From positions 837,472 to 901,471 of the forward strand of contig BCKQ01000006.1 of NCBI GenBank assembly GCA_001600695.1: a stretch of DNA of 64,000 nucleotides. Direction: 5' to 3'. Position numbers and translations under genes: made by a program. Source of the stretch: Ascoidea asiatica JCM 7603. Lineage: Eukaryota > Fungi > Ascomycota. The notes below the pieces were generated by a model. That model worked only from the letters and a program-made list of their open reading frames with translations, had not been told where the DNA came from and ran no database searches. This document shows positions 11,649 through 22,584 of this stretch, in pieces (positions within the stretch are counted from its first letter, which is position 1; each line of letters starts with the position of its first letter).

Positions 11649-14110
11649 GGAATTTGTATCATTATTTGATAAGTCTTCTTGATCCATTACACTTTGAATT
11701 AATATAGGATTAGGTTTTATCTCTGAACATAGTTGAATAATTTCTTTTTTATTTAATTTTTTAAAATATTTTGTTGAAATGATCTGATTCCAATTTGTTA
11801 GAATATACCTATTTGAAATTGATAATAAAAACGGTTCATTAATTTCATTTGAAACTTTCCAAATTTTCAAAATATTTTTAATATTGAAATAAGAATTTTG
11901 TTCATTTGTATTTGAATTGAAATTATAATTATTAGTATTATTATTATTTGAAATTTTATTTAATAAAATTTTTCTAATTGTTTTTTGTTTTAAATTTGGT
12001 AATTCATAATAATTAGATAAAATTAATAAACCTAATAATTGATCAATTGAATCATTGAAATGATTTTCAATTGAACCTGTATATAAATATTCAATTAAAG
12101 CTTTTAACCAAAATATTGGTTCTTGAACAAATAATTTTTTTGAATTAGATTCTTTCATACCACTTTTAATTAAAATTTTAAAATATGGCCATCTTGCTAA
12201 TAAAATTGTTGAATGAACATTAATTGGAATTGATTTTCTAAAAATATTTTTTGAATTTAAATAATTATTTGAATATTGTAACATTTTATTATTTTCAATG
12301 AAAGTTGGATTTAATAAATTTGGTCTTTTATTACCTTGAATACCAATAATTTGAAAATCTGAGAATGAAGTATTTTTATATAATAATTTAGCAAAATCTA
12401 AAGCAATATCATTTGAAATTGATAAATCATTATCATCATTATCAATATTAAGATCATTATTTATATTATTAATATTATTATTTAATAAATTTGAATTTGT
12501 ATTAAAATCAAAAGAATTTGGATTAAAATTATCAAATAATAAATTTTCATAACTATCATTTTGAGAGTTAAAAGTATTATCAAATGCAGAGTTTGAATCT
12601 GAATCTGAATCTGAATCATAATCAGAATTTAAATTATTACTAGAATCAGAAATTGAAGATGAAGATTCTGAATCAGAAGAAGATAAATCCCAATTATTAA
12701 TATTTTCATTATTATTATCGATATTTTGATTATTTTCTAAATTTTCTATATTTTCCATATCTTCAATATCTTCGATGCTTTCATTGGTATTGATAATTTG
12801 ATTATTTTCAATATTATCATTGGAATTATCATTATCTATAAAATTTTGTTTTAATAATAATTTTTTATTTTTTTTGATATTTTTATTATAATTATTAATA
12901 AATTTTTTATTAAATTTATTAAAAATATTTAATAATTTTAAATTTGATAAATTTGAATAATAATTTTTATTTAATTGACCTAAATTATTTAAATTAAATT
13001 TTATAATATTTGATAATTTATAATCAAAAGAAGCATCATTAGTTTCTGGAGTTAAAGGATAACCTAAGAAATAAAGAAAATTTTTAAATATAAAAGTATG
13101 TCTCCATCTATAACCAATAAAAGGTTTAAAATCTCCAGTTAATAATAATTGCCATTTTAAATTAATTAAATCTATTAAACCAATACATGGTTGTATACCT
13201 TCATGATAAGAATTCCATAAAGGTAAAATTATATCTAAAATTAAATAATTTTTTAAAGGTAAATAAATATGATCACCAATAAATTTTGGTAAATTAAAAA
13301 TTTGAATTTGACCAGTAATATTTGTATTTAAATCAAAAAATGAAATAATATTTGAATTTATATGATTCATTTCATTATTTAAACCACCAAATGAATAAAT
13401 TTTATTATTAAAATAAATTATATAATGATCAAATCTTGAAATAAATTTTCTTGGACCATCCCATTTATTTGTAATTAAATCAAAAGAATATAAATCATTA
13501 TAAACAGTATTATTTTTTTTAAGACCACCAGAAATGAAAATTTTATTTTTTTTATCATTTAAACAAATTGCATGTCTTGATCTTTGTGAAGGAGATTTAT
13601 TTAAATTATATTGAGATGGTATAAACCAATTTTGATCAATTAAATTATATATAATTAATTGAGATTTATTTAATTGATTATTTAATTGATTATTTAATTG
13701 ATTATTTGAAGTTGAAGAAGTTATTGGTAATTCATCAGGTATTCCACCGAATATTAAAATATTATTATTATCAATAAAAGTTGAAGAATGACCTTCTCTA
13801 AAAATTTTAATATTATTTGAAATAATTGTATTCCAAATTAAATTATTTTTTTTATTTAAATTTAAATTTAAATTTAAAATATAAATATTTGGATCTAAAT
13901 TATCATCTTCATCAAAACCACCAAAAATAAATAAATTTCCATTTAAAGTTATTGTTGTTGAAGATTTAACTCTAAATAAAGGTTGAATTCCTTTTGTATT
14001 TAAAAATTCAATTAATTTATTATTATTTTGATTAATATTTTTAAATTTATTTTGATTTTTTGATTTTATTTTAATTTTATTCTTAATTCTCAATTTTGAA
14101 TAATTGGATA

Positions 14111-14150
<40 letters not shown>

Positions 14151-14504
14151 GTAAAGTATATGATTACTATTCGAGATATTAGAGTTTAAACTATTATGAT
14201 TATTTGAAATTATTGATTTGAGATGAGTATGATTATGGTTATGATTATGATTATGAGATCTATGAGTTTTTACTGATTTTAAATGTGAATTGTTTGAATT
14301 ATTGGAATTATTTGAAAGATTATGATTTTTTTTTCTTCTTTTTATTGAATTTGAAGTTAGAATTGGAATTCCAGAAGATGGAGAAGATGCAAGAGATGTT
14401 TGATTTTCAGTTTGATTTTCAGTTTGATTTTCAGTAAGGTTTTGAATTTGATCTTGATTTTGATTCTGAAGAGAAGAAAGTAATTGACCTGGATTCAATG
14501 GCAT
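10704..14504 (-). CDS. Kelch-repeat + BTB/POZ (+BACK-like) protein, LZTR1/Mds3/Ral2-type architecture
   Basis: Kelch motifs LFIFGG, REGHSS..ILIFGG, RSRHA..IFISGG, IYSFGG; BTB motif VHSTILLARWPYF..LIKSGMKES...LIEYLYTG. Confidence 0.8.
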
Positions 14505-15266
14505 TATTTGATAATAATATGATAAAGATTATGAAAATGAAAATAATAAAAAAAAAAAGATAATTAATGAATGTGTGATAGATAAAGTTAGTGAATAGCA
14601 GTTTTCCAGAGGGGGACTTAAGTGAATAAATAGTGTACAGTAAGAGAAGAGATATTCAGTAAGTTACAAGCAGAGGTGGATCGAAAGACGAAGAGAAAAG
14701 GTGTGGTGGGTATCGGAAAGAGGAAAAGTAGCAGTTGGAGAGGAAAGGAAGAAGAAAAGAAGAAAGCAGCGAGAAAGAAAGAAGGAAGAAGGAAGGAAGA
14801 AGGAAGGAAGAAGGAATCCCAAGCAGCGCAGGCCAGAGGAGGAGGCACGTGAGCAGGATACAGAGGGAATATCCGTAGATCCAGGCAGATCCACTAAAAG
14901 GATAGTAGTTTAAGTATAATTGTGAGAACCTGGTTTTGTGGATCCGGAAATATGCATGTTTCCTTATTAGTACATGTGAATACGTGTAGGTACATGATCC
15001 ATTTCAGTGGATATAGGACAAAAATCACATTTAGGGCTTTTTCTGAACAAATATAGTGCATGTTGTCCTACCATGAACAATAGAAGTGATTTAATAAAGT
15101 TGTTGATTTTGATGATGGTTTTTTATAAAGATAATCAAAACCATCAATAATATAACAACAACAACAACAACAACAATATCAATATCAAAAGGCATTGAAC
15201 TGAAATTGATGAAATGAATGATAAGAAATAATTTAATAAAAGGGTTGAGTTTGGTAATTGTAGTCA

Positions 15267-15875
15267 ATGGATCAATCTATAACAAATATTAACATATCCT
15301 CAATGACTTTTGATATTGAAGATCAATCCAATTTCCCAGGAATATTGTCTTCAATAAACAATATTGATAATAATTCTGCAATTGAATATTATCAAAATGC
15401 AAAAAAAATCAATCAATCAATTAAGAAAAATAACATTAATAATAGCATTATTGATAATAGTGATCAGAGTGATAACTTGTTGTCTCAAAATCAAAATCAA
15501 AATCAATCATTTTCAAATTCAGATTCAGATTCAGATTCTTCTTTAGATTCTTCTTTAGATTATCTAATTCCAATCAATTCTGATAGTTCAATCAATTCAA
15601 ATAATTCAAATAATTCACATTCAAGAAAGAGAAAAATATCTTTTGATTATATAAAAGATAAATTCAATTTATCTTGTTCAAAATCAACTTTTCATGGTAG
15701 ACTTAATGGTAATAGATCAAGATTATTTTATGAATTAAATTCAAGAATTTTATCTTTATTTGAAGAAAATTTATTAATTAAAAGATTAATTAATTCAACT
15801 AAAAGAGGTTTCATAATTAATATCACAAATATTTTATTAATGATTGATGAAATTATTGATGATAGATTTTTATTA

Positions 15876-15913
<38 letters not shown>

Positions 15914-16507
15914 TAATAATAATAATGATAAATTATAAATATAAATATAATTTAATTAAAAATAAATCTTATTTAAATATTAATCATTATGTTTCAAGAT
16001 CTTATATTTCTGAATTTATAAAAAGACATTCAAATGATTTAATATCTTTAAAATTATCTGAAAATAATTTTAAATTTTTTACTCCAAATATAAATGTAAA
16101 TAAAAATAATAATAATATAAATAATGATATAAATACAATTATAATTACAAATAATAACTTAAATGATCTGATAACTCAATGTATCGATAATAAGTCTTCA
16201 ATAAGTAATAATTCTCCAGTAAAAATCAATATTTCTAATATTTCTAATATTTCTAATATTTCTAAATCAAATAATGATGAAAATAAAATTTCAATTAGAA
16301 AAAAAAAATTTAATAGATAATTTAACAAATAATATAATAAATTCTTCATATAATACTTTTAATAATGAAATTAATGAATCTTCAATATTTGATAAATTAA
16401 ATGAAATAAGTAAATATTCAATTAAATCAATTTTAAATTTAGCTAGAGATACAAATAAATTTATTGATTCAATTAAAGACAAAATTTCAAATGAATCAAA
16501 TTCTTAA
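15267..16507 (+). pseudogene. pogo/Fot1(Tc5)-transposase-type HTH-psq + CENP-B HTH DNA-binding protein without DDE domain, split by two +1 frameshifts (pseudogene or assembly indels)
   Basis: Three overlapping ORFs (15267-15938, 15910-16320, 16274-16507). KFNLSCSKSTFHGRLNG...LSLFEENLLIKRL....KRGF...I..M.DEII followed by VSRSYISEFIKRH matches the pogo/Fot1 N-terminal pattern. Removing one A at 15930-32 and one at 16299-308 gives a 412 aa ORF. Confidence 0.6.
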
Positions 16508-16614
16508 TTAAATTGATATTATATATATATTATCTATATATTATACTTTTATATTATACTTTTGTATTATAGCAAAATAAAGTAAATAATCATATATTTG
16601 AGAAGAATATTATT

Positions 16615-16785
16615 TTAAATACCTCCAGCTTCTCTATACCATCGAATACCTTTATCAAACCCAGCACAAACAATACCATCATTTGTATTACCACCAGGAG
16701 CAGATCTATAAGTTTTTTTAATAAATTTTACATCCATAATTGCAATAGAATCATCAGAATCAGAATTATCATTACTATTTTTTGG

Positions 16786-16833
<48 letters not shown>

Positions 16834-17167
16834 GTTACCATCATCATCATAATCAATTAAATCTGAAGGAGAAATAGAAATAGTTGCTTCTTTTGATCTT
16901 GTTTCAATATTCCAAATTTTTAATTTACCATCATAACCTGCACTAATTAATAAATCACCATCATCATTAAAATCTAAAGCAAAAATCCAAGAATCATGAG
17001 CATTAACAGATATTTGTAAAGAAGCAGAATGAGAAGGCATTGTTAAAATTCCAATAATTTCACCATATTTTGTATCATATAAAGATATATTACCAAAATT
17101 TCCAGAATCAGAAGCAACAGCTAAAATTTTACCATTTGGAGAAAAAGTTAAAGCTCTAATTGAATTA

Positions 17168-17198
<31 letters not shown>

Positions 17199-18013
17199 AA
17201 TTTGAAAAAGTATATAAAATTCTTGAACTTTCAATTTCAAATAAAATTATTTCACCATTTTGATAACCAATTGCAATTAAATTTAATAAATTAGATATAG
17301 ATAAAGACATTGGAAATGAAATATTTTTTGGTTGAATTAAATAATGATCAAATAAATCAATAGAATCAATTGAAGAATTATTAATATTATTTAAATTTTC
17401 AAAATTTAATTTAACATTAAATATTTTAGTTGTACCTTTTGGTTGATTAACAATAAATTTTATATTATCATTATTATTGTAATCATTATTAAACCAAATT
17501 GATTTCCAAAAAGATTGATTATTAATTTTAAATTTTGAAATTGAAATTGAAGAATTATAATTAATTTTTAAAGGTAATAAATCATTATTAAATAATTTAT
17601 AAAAATAAATAAAACCATTAAAAGAAATTATTGAAAAAATATATAAATTTTTATTTATTGTTAATATTGATAAATTTAATAAACCAGAATCATCAATTTT
17701 AAAAATTTTTAAATTTTTTTTTAAATTTGGATTTTCATTTTCATTAATTTTATTTGACCATAATTTTAAAAAACCATCACCAGATATTGAGATTGTATAA
17801 TTATTTAAAACTTGTAAATTAAATATATCAGCATCATGAGCATTAATTGCATTTGAAGTTGAAATATATTTTCTACTCTATATATATTTATATATATATA
17901 TATAATAATAATAATAATAATAAGTTTGTTAGAAATTTGAAATTATATCTTAATGAATTGAATTAAGAATAAAGATTGAATTTAGAATATGATAAAGTGA
18001 GTATACATACCAT
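16615..18013 (-). CDS. SKI8: Ski complex / Spo11-complex WD40 protein Ski8 (Rec103); exons 18013-18011, 17877-16615
   Basis: ATG|GTATGT donor, TTCTAAC branchpoint (17934-17928), TAG acceptor (17880-17878). Spliced N-terminus MSRKYISTSNAINAHDADIF..SISGDGFLKLW and C-terminus IRWYREAGG match Ski8. Confidence 0.93.
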
Positions 18014-18972
18014 TTTTAATATAAATATAAGCTAATGATAATATTGAATCTTTAAATAATTTAGATTAATGGATATATTTATGAATATATTAGAATATGA
18101 ATATGAAATTATACTTTAAAAATTTGTTTAAATAGGTAAAGGTAAAGGTAAAGGTATATTAAAAATTCCGGTTAAATTTCAAAAAGGGAAATATTTGAAA
18201 AATACGTAAAACGGGTAAAGTTAAAACACTACAGATTATAATTGATATAAATGAATTCAAATTAACTAGAATAAGATTATAATTACAAATTCGACTAGAA
18301 TTTAAGAATAAATATAATCAAGAAGAGTTTATTAAAAAGTAAATAAAGCTATAGAATGGTAATTAAAAGAAGAGAAATGTGTTAGTATATGAAATGAATG
18401 AAATAGTAATATATGGAGTTGTTAATAATCAGTTTGATTATCATTTTGATTATCAGTTTCAGTGGTGTTTTGTTTGTTGTTTGTATTTATGAATGGTGTG
18501 TCACTGTTATTGTTATCCACTGATATCGACAGTGAGATTACGAGCTGTTTCTGAAGTACTGCAACAACACAAAATCCTTAATCACAAACACAAAAATCAA
18601 GTTCGCCACTCAAAAATGAAGTCTGTCCTAAGTGGACACTGTCCTAGATTACGCGCACTAGATACTGCACAACAGTGACCTATAATCATTGGATCCCTTC
18701 AAGTGGTAATCAGGCTATCACATGACCTTTCCGCCACGTGGTGTGTGTTGTCCTTTTTGGTTTCTGCTGTTTCTCTGGTTGCTTTGTTGCTGTTGTTGTT
18801 TTTCTCTCTGCTGCTGTTTCTTCCCTTTTTTCTCAGTTTCCTGTCTCATTCTTTAAAAGAAGGATCAGGATCAGGAATAGGAATAGGAATAGGAACAAAA
18901 CAAATATATATCAGGATATTCTTCTTCTTTTATCTTACGTTAGGACCATCACCAATTACTTCAATATTTCAA

Positions 18973-20742
18973 ATGGATTCAATAAGAGTAAATAAAATTG
19001 TAGATAATGAAAAATTATGGATGAAAGAAAGAAGAGATTATTTCTCAATTCTTATAAAACAAAATTTATTACCACCAGGAGATTCAATAATTAAAAAATC
19101 TTTAACATCTCAAGTTTATGAAAAAATTTCAATAGAATTAAATTTAAAATTTAATTGTAAAGATTTTGATAAACAAAAAGTTCAAAATTTTTATAGTGAT
19201 ACAAAAAAAAATTTTAAATTATTTTTTAAAGCAAAATCTATTAATATTTGTCAAATTATTAATGGTGATAATTTTGGTTTAACAAAATGGATTTGGTTAC
19301 CAAATTCAATTTGGGATGATTTAGCTTCTGAAAATCCAAGAATTAGAGCTTTAAGAAATAAAGATATTTGGTATTTAGAAAATTTACAACCTGTTTTTGA
19401 ACAATTAAATTTTGTAACTTCAAATAATTTAGATTCAAATAATTTAGAAAATACTTTTTCAAATGATACTTTAAAATTATTATCAAATTCAAATTCAAAT
19501 ATATCCATTCAATCTCAATTACAATCTCAATTAGATTCTCAATTATCAAATCATTTATCAAATTTAGATTCTCAATTATCAAATCAATTATCAAATCAAT
19601 TCAATTCTCAATTTAATTCAATTAATAATGATAATGATAAAGAAACTAATAATGATAATGATAATGACAAAAATTTGGAAAATGTTAATAATTTAAATAC
19701 TGAGAATACTGAGAATACTGAGAATAATTCAAATAATGAAAATAATAAAGATTTAGATATTTTAAATCAAACTTTAAAAAGATCAATTGAAAATGTTGAT
19801 CCATTATTATCAAATCAATCTATAAATAATTTAAATAATATTAATAACTTAAATAATTTAAATAAAAAATTTAAATTAAATATATATTCTCAAGCAACTA
19901 ATCCAATAAATAATAATACCATAAATTCTTTAAATTCTTTAAATTCTTTAAATTCTTTAAATCCTTCAAATTCTTCAAATTCTTCAAAAAAAAATTTTCA
20001 ATTATTATCAAAAAAAATTGATTTAGGTAATAATAATAAAATTTCACCATCATCAATTTTAACATATAATAATAAAATTATAGAAATTGAAAAATTATTT
20101 AATTGGTATCAATTAAAACAAAAAGATTTAAAAATTCAAAAAATTGTACAATTTTTAAATATTTTACAATTAAAAAATTTAATTACTCAAAAAATTTTAT
20201 CATTTTTTTTAATTGAAATTAATGAACAATTTTTATATAATCAATTTAAAAATAAATTAAATTTATCTGAAAAAAATTTTTCATATTTAGTTAAAGAAAT
20301 TTATAATCAATATCAATTTAATCAAATTAATCAATATTCAAATAATAATGGTAATGGTATTAATATTACAAATAATGAAATTAATCAAAAGAAAAATAAA
20401 AATAAAAGTAATAAAGATAAAGATAAAGATAAAGATGAAGAGAATTGTAAAAATAATGATGAAATTAAAGATAAAAAATCATATAAAAAAGTATTAGATA
20501 AATCAGATAAATCAAAAGAATTGGAAATATCAAAAGAGAAATCGGATAAATTATCTGAAAAGGAATCCGAAAAAGAATCCGAGAATTTATCCGGGAAAGT
20601 GTCTGGCAATTTATCCGACAATTTATCCGAGAAAGAAAAAGAAAAAGAAAAAGAAAAAGAAAACGAAAAAGAAAACGAAAAAGAAAAAGTTTCTAAAGAT
20701 TCAATAGAATCAAAAGATAAAAATGAAGATTCATCTAAATAG
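18973..20742 (+). CDS. Myb/SANT-like (PIF/Harbinger ORF1-type, Myb_DNA-bind_3-like) DNA-binding protein, 589 aa
   Basis: Likely ATG at 18973 (the track's GTG extension is low complexity). W..E...YEKI..ELN.KF..DFDKQKVQNFY...KKNFKLF...IWDDL..ENP.IR.LRNK.I.YLE.L..VF fits the Harbinger/L10-interacting Myb pattern. Confidence 0.6.
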   Translation: MDSIRVNKIVDNEKLWMKERRDYFSILIKQNLLPPGDSIIKKSLTSQVYEKISIELNLKFNCKDFDKQKVQNFYSDTKKNFKLFFKAKSINICQIINGDNFGLTKWIWLPNSIWDDLASENPRIRALRNKDIWYLENLQPVFEQLNFVTSNNLDSNNLENTFSNDTLKLLSNSNSNISIQSQLQSQLDSQLSNHLSNLDSQLSNQLSNQFNSQFNSINNDNDKETNNDNDNDKNLENVNNLNTENTENTENNSNNENNKDLDILNQTLKRSIENVDPLLSNQSINNLNNINNLNNLNKKFKLNIYSQATNPINNNTINSLNSLNSLNSLNPSNSSNSSKKNFQLLSKKIDLGNNNKISPSSILTYNNKIIEIEKLFNWYQLKQKDLKIQKIVQFLNILQLKNLITQKILSFFLIEINEQFLYNQFKNKLNLSEKNFSYLVKEIYNQYQFNQINQYSNNNGNGINITNNEINQKKNKNKSNKDKDKDKDEENCKNNDEIKDKKSYKKVLDKSDKSKELEISKEKSDKLSEKESEKESENLSGKVSGNLSDNLSEKEKEKEKEKENEKENEKEKVSKDSIESKDKNEDSSK

Positions 20743-20856
20743 TTTTATCTTTATTTTATTAAATTATATTAAATTAAATTATATCTATCTAAATATATAT
20801 ATATATATATATATATAATTATTATGTATATAAATATATGTAGGATTGTAAGAATA

Positions 20857-21915
20857 TTAACCAAATAACATTGCAGCAGCAAATTCTGGATTACCATTAC
20901 AAGCATCTAAAGCATTAATAACTTGTTGACGATTAAAACCTAGATCTATTAAATTTTTTATAATTTCTTCATATTTTGAATCATTTTTATAATCATTAGA
21001 ATTATTATTATTGGTGGATTTGGATTTGGATTTGGATTTGGGTGTGGGTGTTGTTGTTGTTGTTGTTGAAAGATCATTTGAAGTAAAAATATTTTGACCA
21101 AAAGAGAGATTATTTTTTTGAGAGAATAAATTTAATTTTGGAATTTCAGAATCATTTAAAAATGGAGTTTTTTCATTACCTAAAATTAAAATATTTTTTT
21201 TTAAATTTATTATACCTTGATGTCTTTTTAACATATCTAAACCAAGAATTAAATCAATATTTGAATCAATAATTATAAAACTACAATTAAAATAAGAATT
21301 ATTAATTTTTATTGGAGTTGAATGAATTTTACCTTTAATTTCAATTGAACCTAAACCTATAGCTTTACCTTTAAATCTTTTATCAATTAAATTTAAAAGA
21401 TTTAAAGAATTAGCTAAATTTAAAGACATTATAGTTACTTGAGCACCAGAATCTATAAAAGTTTTAATTAATTTATTATTAATTTTTAAATTTATATATA
21501 ACATTGAAACATTAATAAAAGATTCTGGATTAAATTCATAAGCATTTTTAAAATTTTCATTAATTTGTTCATTTCTTATTAAATCTAAAATTTTTTGTTG
21601 ATTTTCTGGATTATCAATATTATTATTAATATTATTGGCGGTATTAGTATCGGCGGTAATATTAGTATTAGTATTGATGGTAGTAGAAGATGAGAAAACT
21701 TTAATTAGGATTAAATCATTATTTTTAATATTTAAATCATTTAAAGATAAATTATCACCAATTAAAGATTTTGAATTTAATATTAAAATTTGATTTTTTA
21801 TTAATATTGAAGTTTCAGATTCTATATAAGCTTTAAAATCTAATAAATTTAAATCACTTGGTATATCAATATTTAAAAAAGAATCTGAAGATTGTATATT
21901 TAATGTTAATTTCAT
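20857..21915 (-). CDS. DDI1: DNA-damage-inducible UBL-retroviral-like aspartic protease-UBA protein
   Basis: N-terminal UBL, FIDSGAQVTIMS catalytic motif, LGLDMLKRH, C-terminal UBA LGF.RQQVI.AL.ACNGN. Confidence 0.95.
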   Translation of the reverse strand: MKLTLNIQSSDSFLNIDIPSDLNLLDFKAYIESETSILIKNQILILNSKSLIGDNLSLNDLNIKNNDLILIKVFSSSTTINTNTNITADTNTANNINNNIDNPENQQKILDLIRNEQINENFKNAYEFNPESFINVSMLYINLKINNKLIKTFIDSGAQVTIMSLNLANSLNLLNLIDKRFKGKAIGLGSIEIKGKIHSTPIKINNSYFNCSFIIIDSNIDLILGLDMLKRHQGIINLKKNILILGNEKTPFLNDSEIPKLNLFSQKNNLSFGQNIFTSNDLSTTTTTTPTPKSKSKSKSTNNNNSNDYKNDSKYEEIIKNLIDLGFNRQQVINALDACNGNPEFAAAMLFG

Positions 21916-21980
21916 TATGTTATGGATATTATATTATATTATATTATTGAATTATTGAATTATTGAAATGGAATCAGTGT

Positions 21981-21981
21981 T

Positions 21982-22020
<39 letters not shown>

Positions 22021-22520
22021 TTATATATATATTTGTATATGGTGATAGTGATTATGTGATTATTAATGGAAAGGAGTATAAAGTGGTGGTGGTGGCGAAG
22101 AATCGAGTAGAAGGATAATGTAAAGCAATAAAGCAATGGGATAATTAGATAGCAAGACAGTAGTAATGACTGCTGACTAATAAAGTACGAGAGAGAGAGA
22201 AGAGAGAGAAGAGAGAGAAGAGAGAAGAGAGTGTGAGTGTGTCTGTGAGTGTGTCTGTGAGTGTGTCTGTGAGTGTGTCTGTGAGAGTGTTGCTTCTTCT
22301 TCTGCTGCCTCTGCTTCTTTTTCTGCTTCGTTTGCTTCACACACGTGCTGGAGAGGAAGAGACCCAGCGAAGTGGCGACCTCACGTGCAGTAGTATATAT
22401 ACAGTATCTCAAATATATACAGTATATAATATAATATATACAGTATATAATATATATCACTAGAATATAATATAATATAATATAATATAATATAATATAA
22501 TATATATCACTAGAATACAA
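21981..22520. repeat. Microsatellite mosaic: (TA)n, (GA/GAGAA)n, (GTGTGTCTGTGA)n, (AATAT)n
   Basis: Directly visible tandem repeats in the DDI1-RTR1 divergent intergenic region. Confidence 0.85.
22091..22099 (+). promoter_or_regulatory. PACE-like (Rpn4) site GGTGGCGAA upstream of DDI1
   Basis: One mismatch to GGTGGCAAA, ~180 bp upstream of a proteasome shuttle-factor gene. Confidence 0.45.
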
Positions 22521-22584
22521 ATATAAAGAAACACAACACATTTCAATTCATCAATTCATCAAGAGATAAGAAAATTGTATTAAA

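Noticed and set aside
14618-14913. Short ORFs in the polypurine tract
   Set aside because: Low-complexity translations of a GA-rich promoter/5' UTR tract
18703-18972. Hydrophobic N-terminal extension (signal/TM) on the Myb/SANT ORF
   Set aside because: GTG start and T-rich promoter sequence; the first ATG in good context is at 18973
21981-22541. 186 aa and 76 aa ORFs
   Set aside because: Translations of microsatellites
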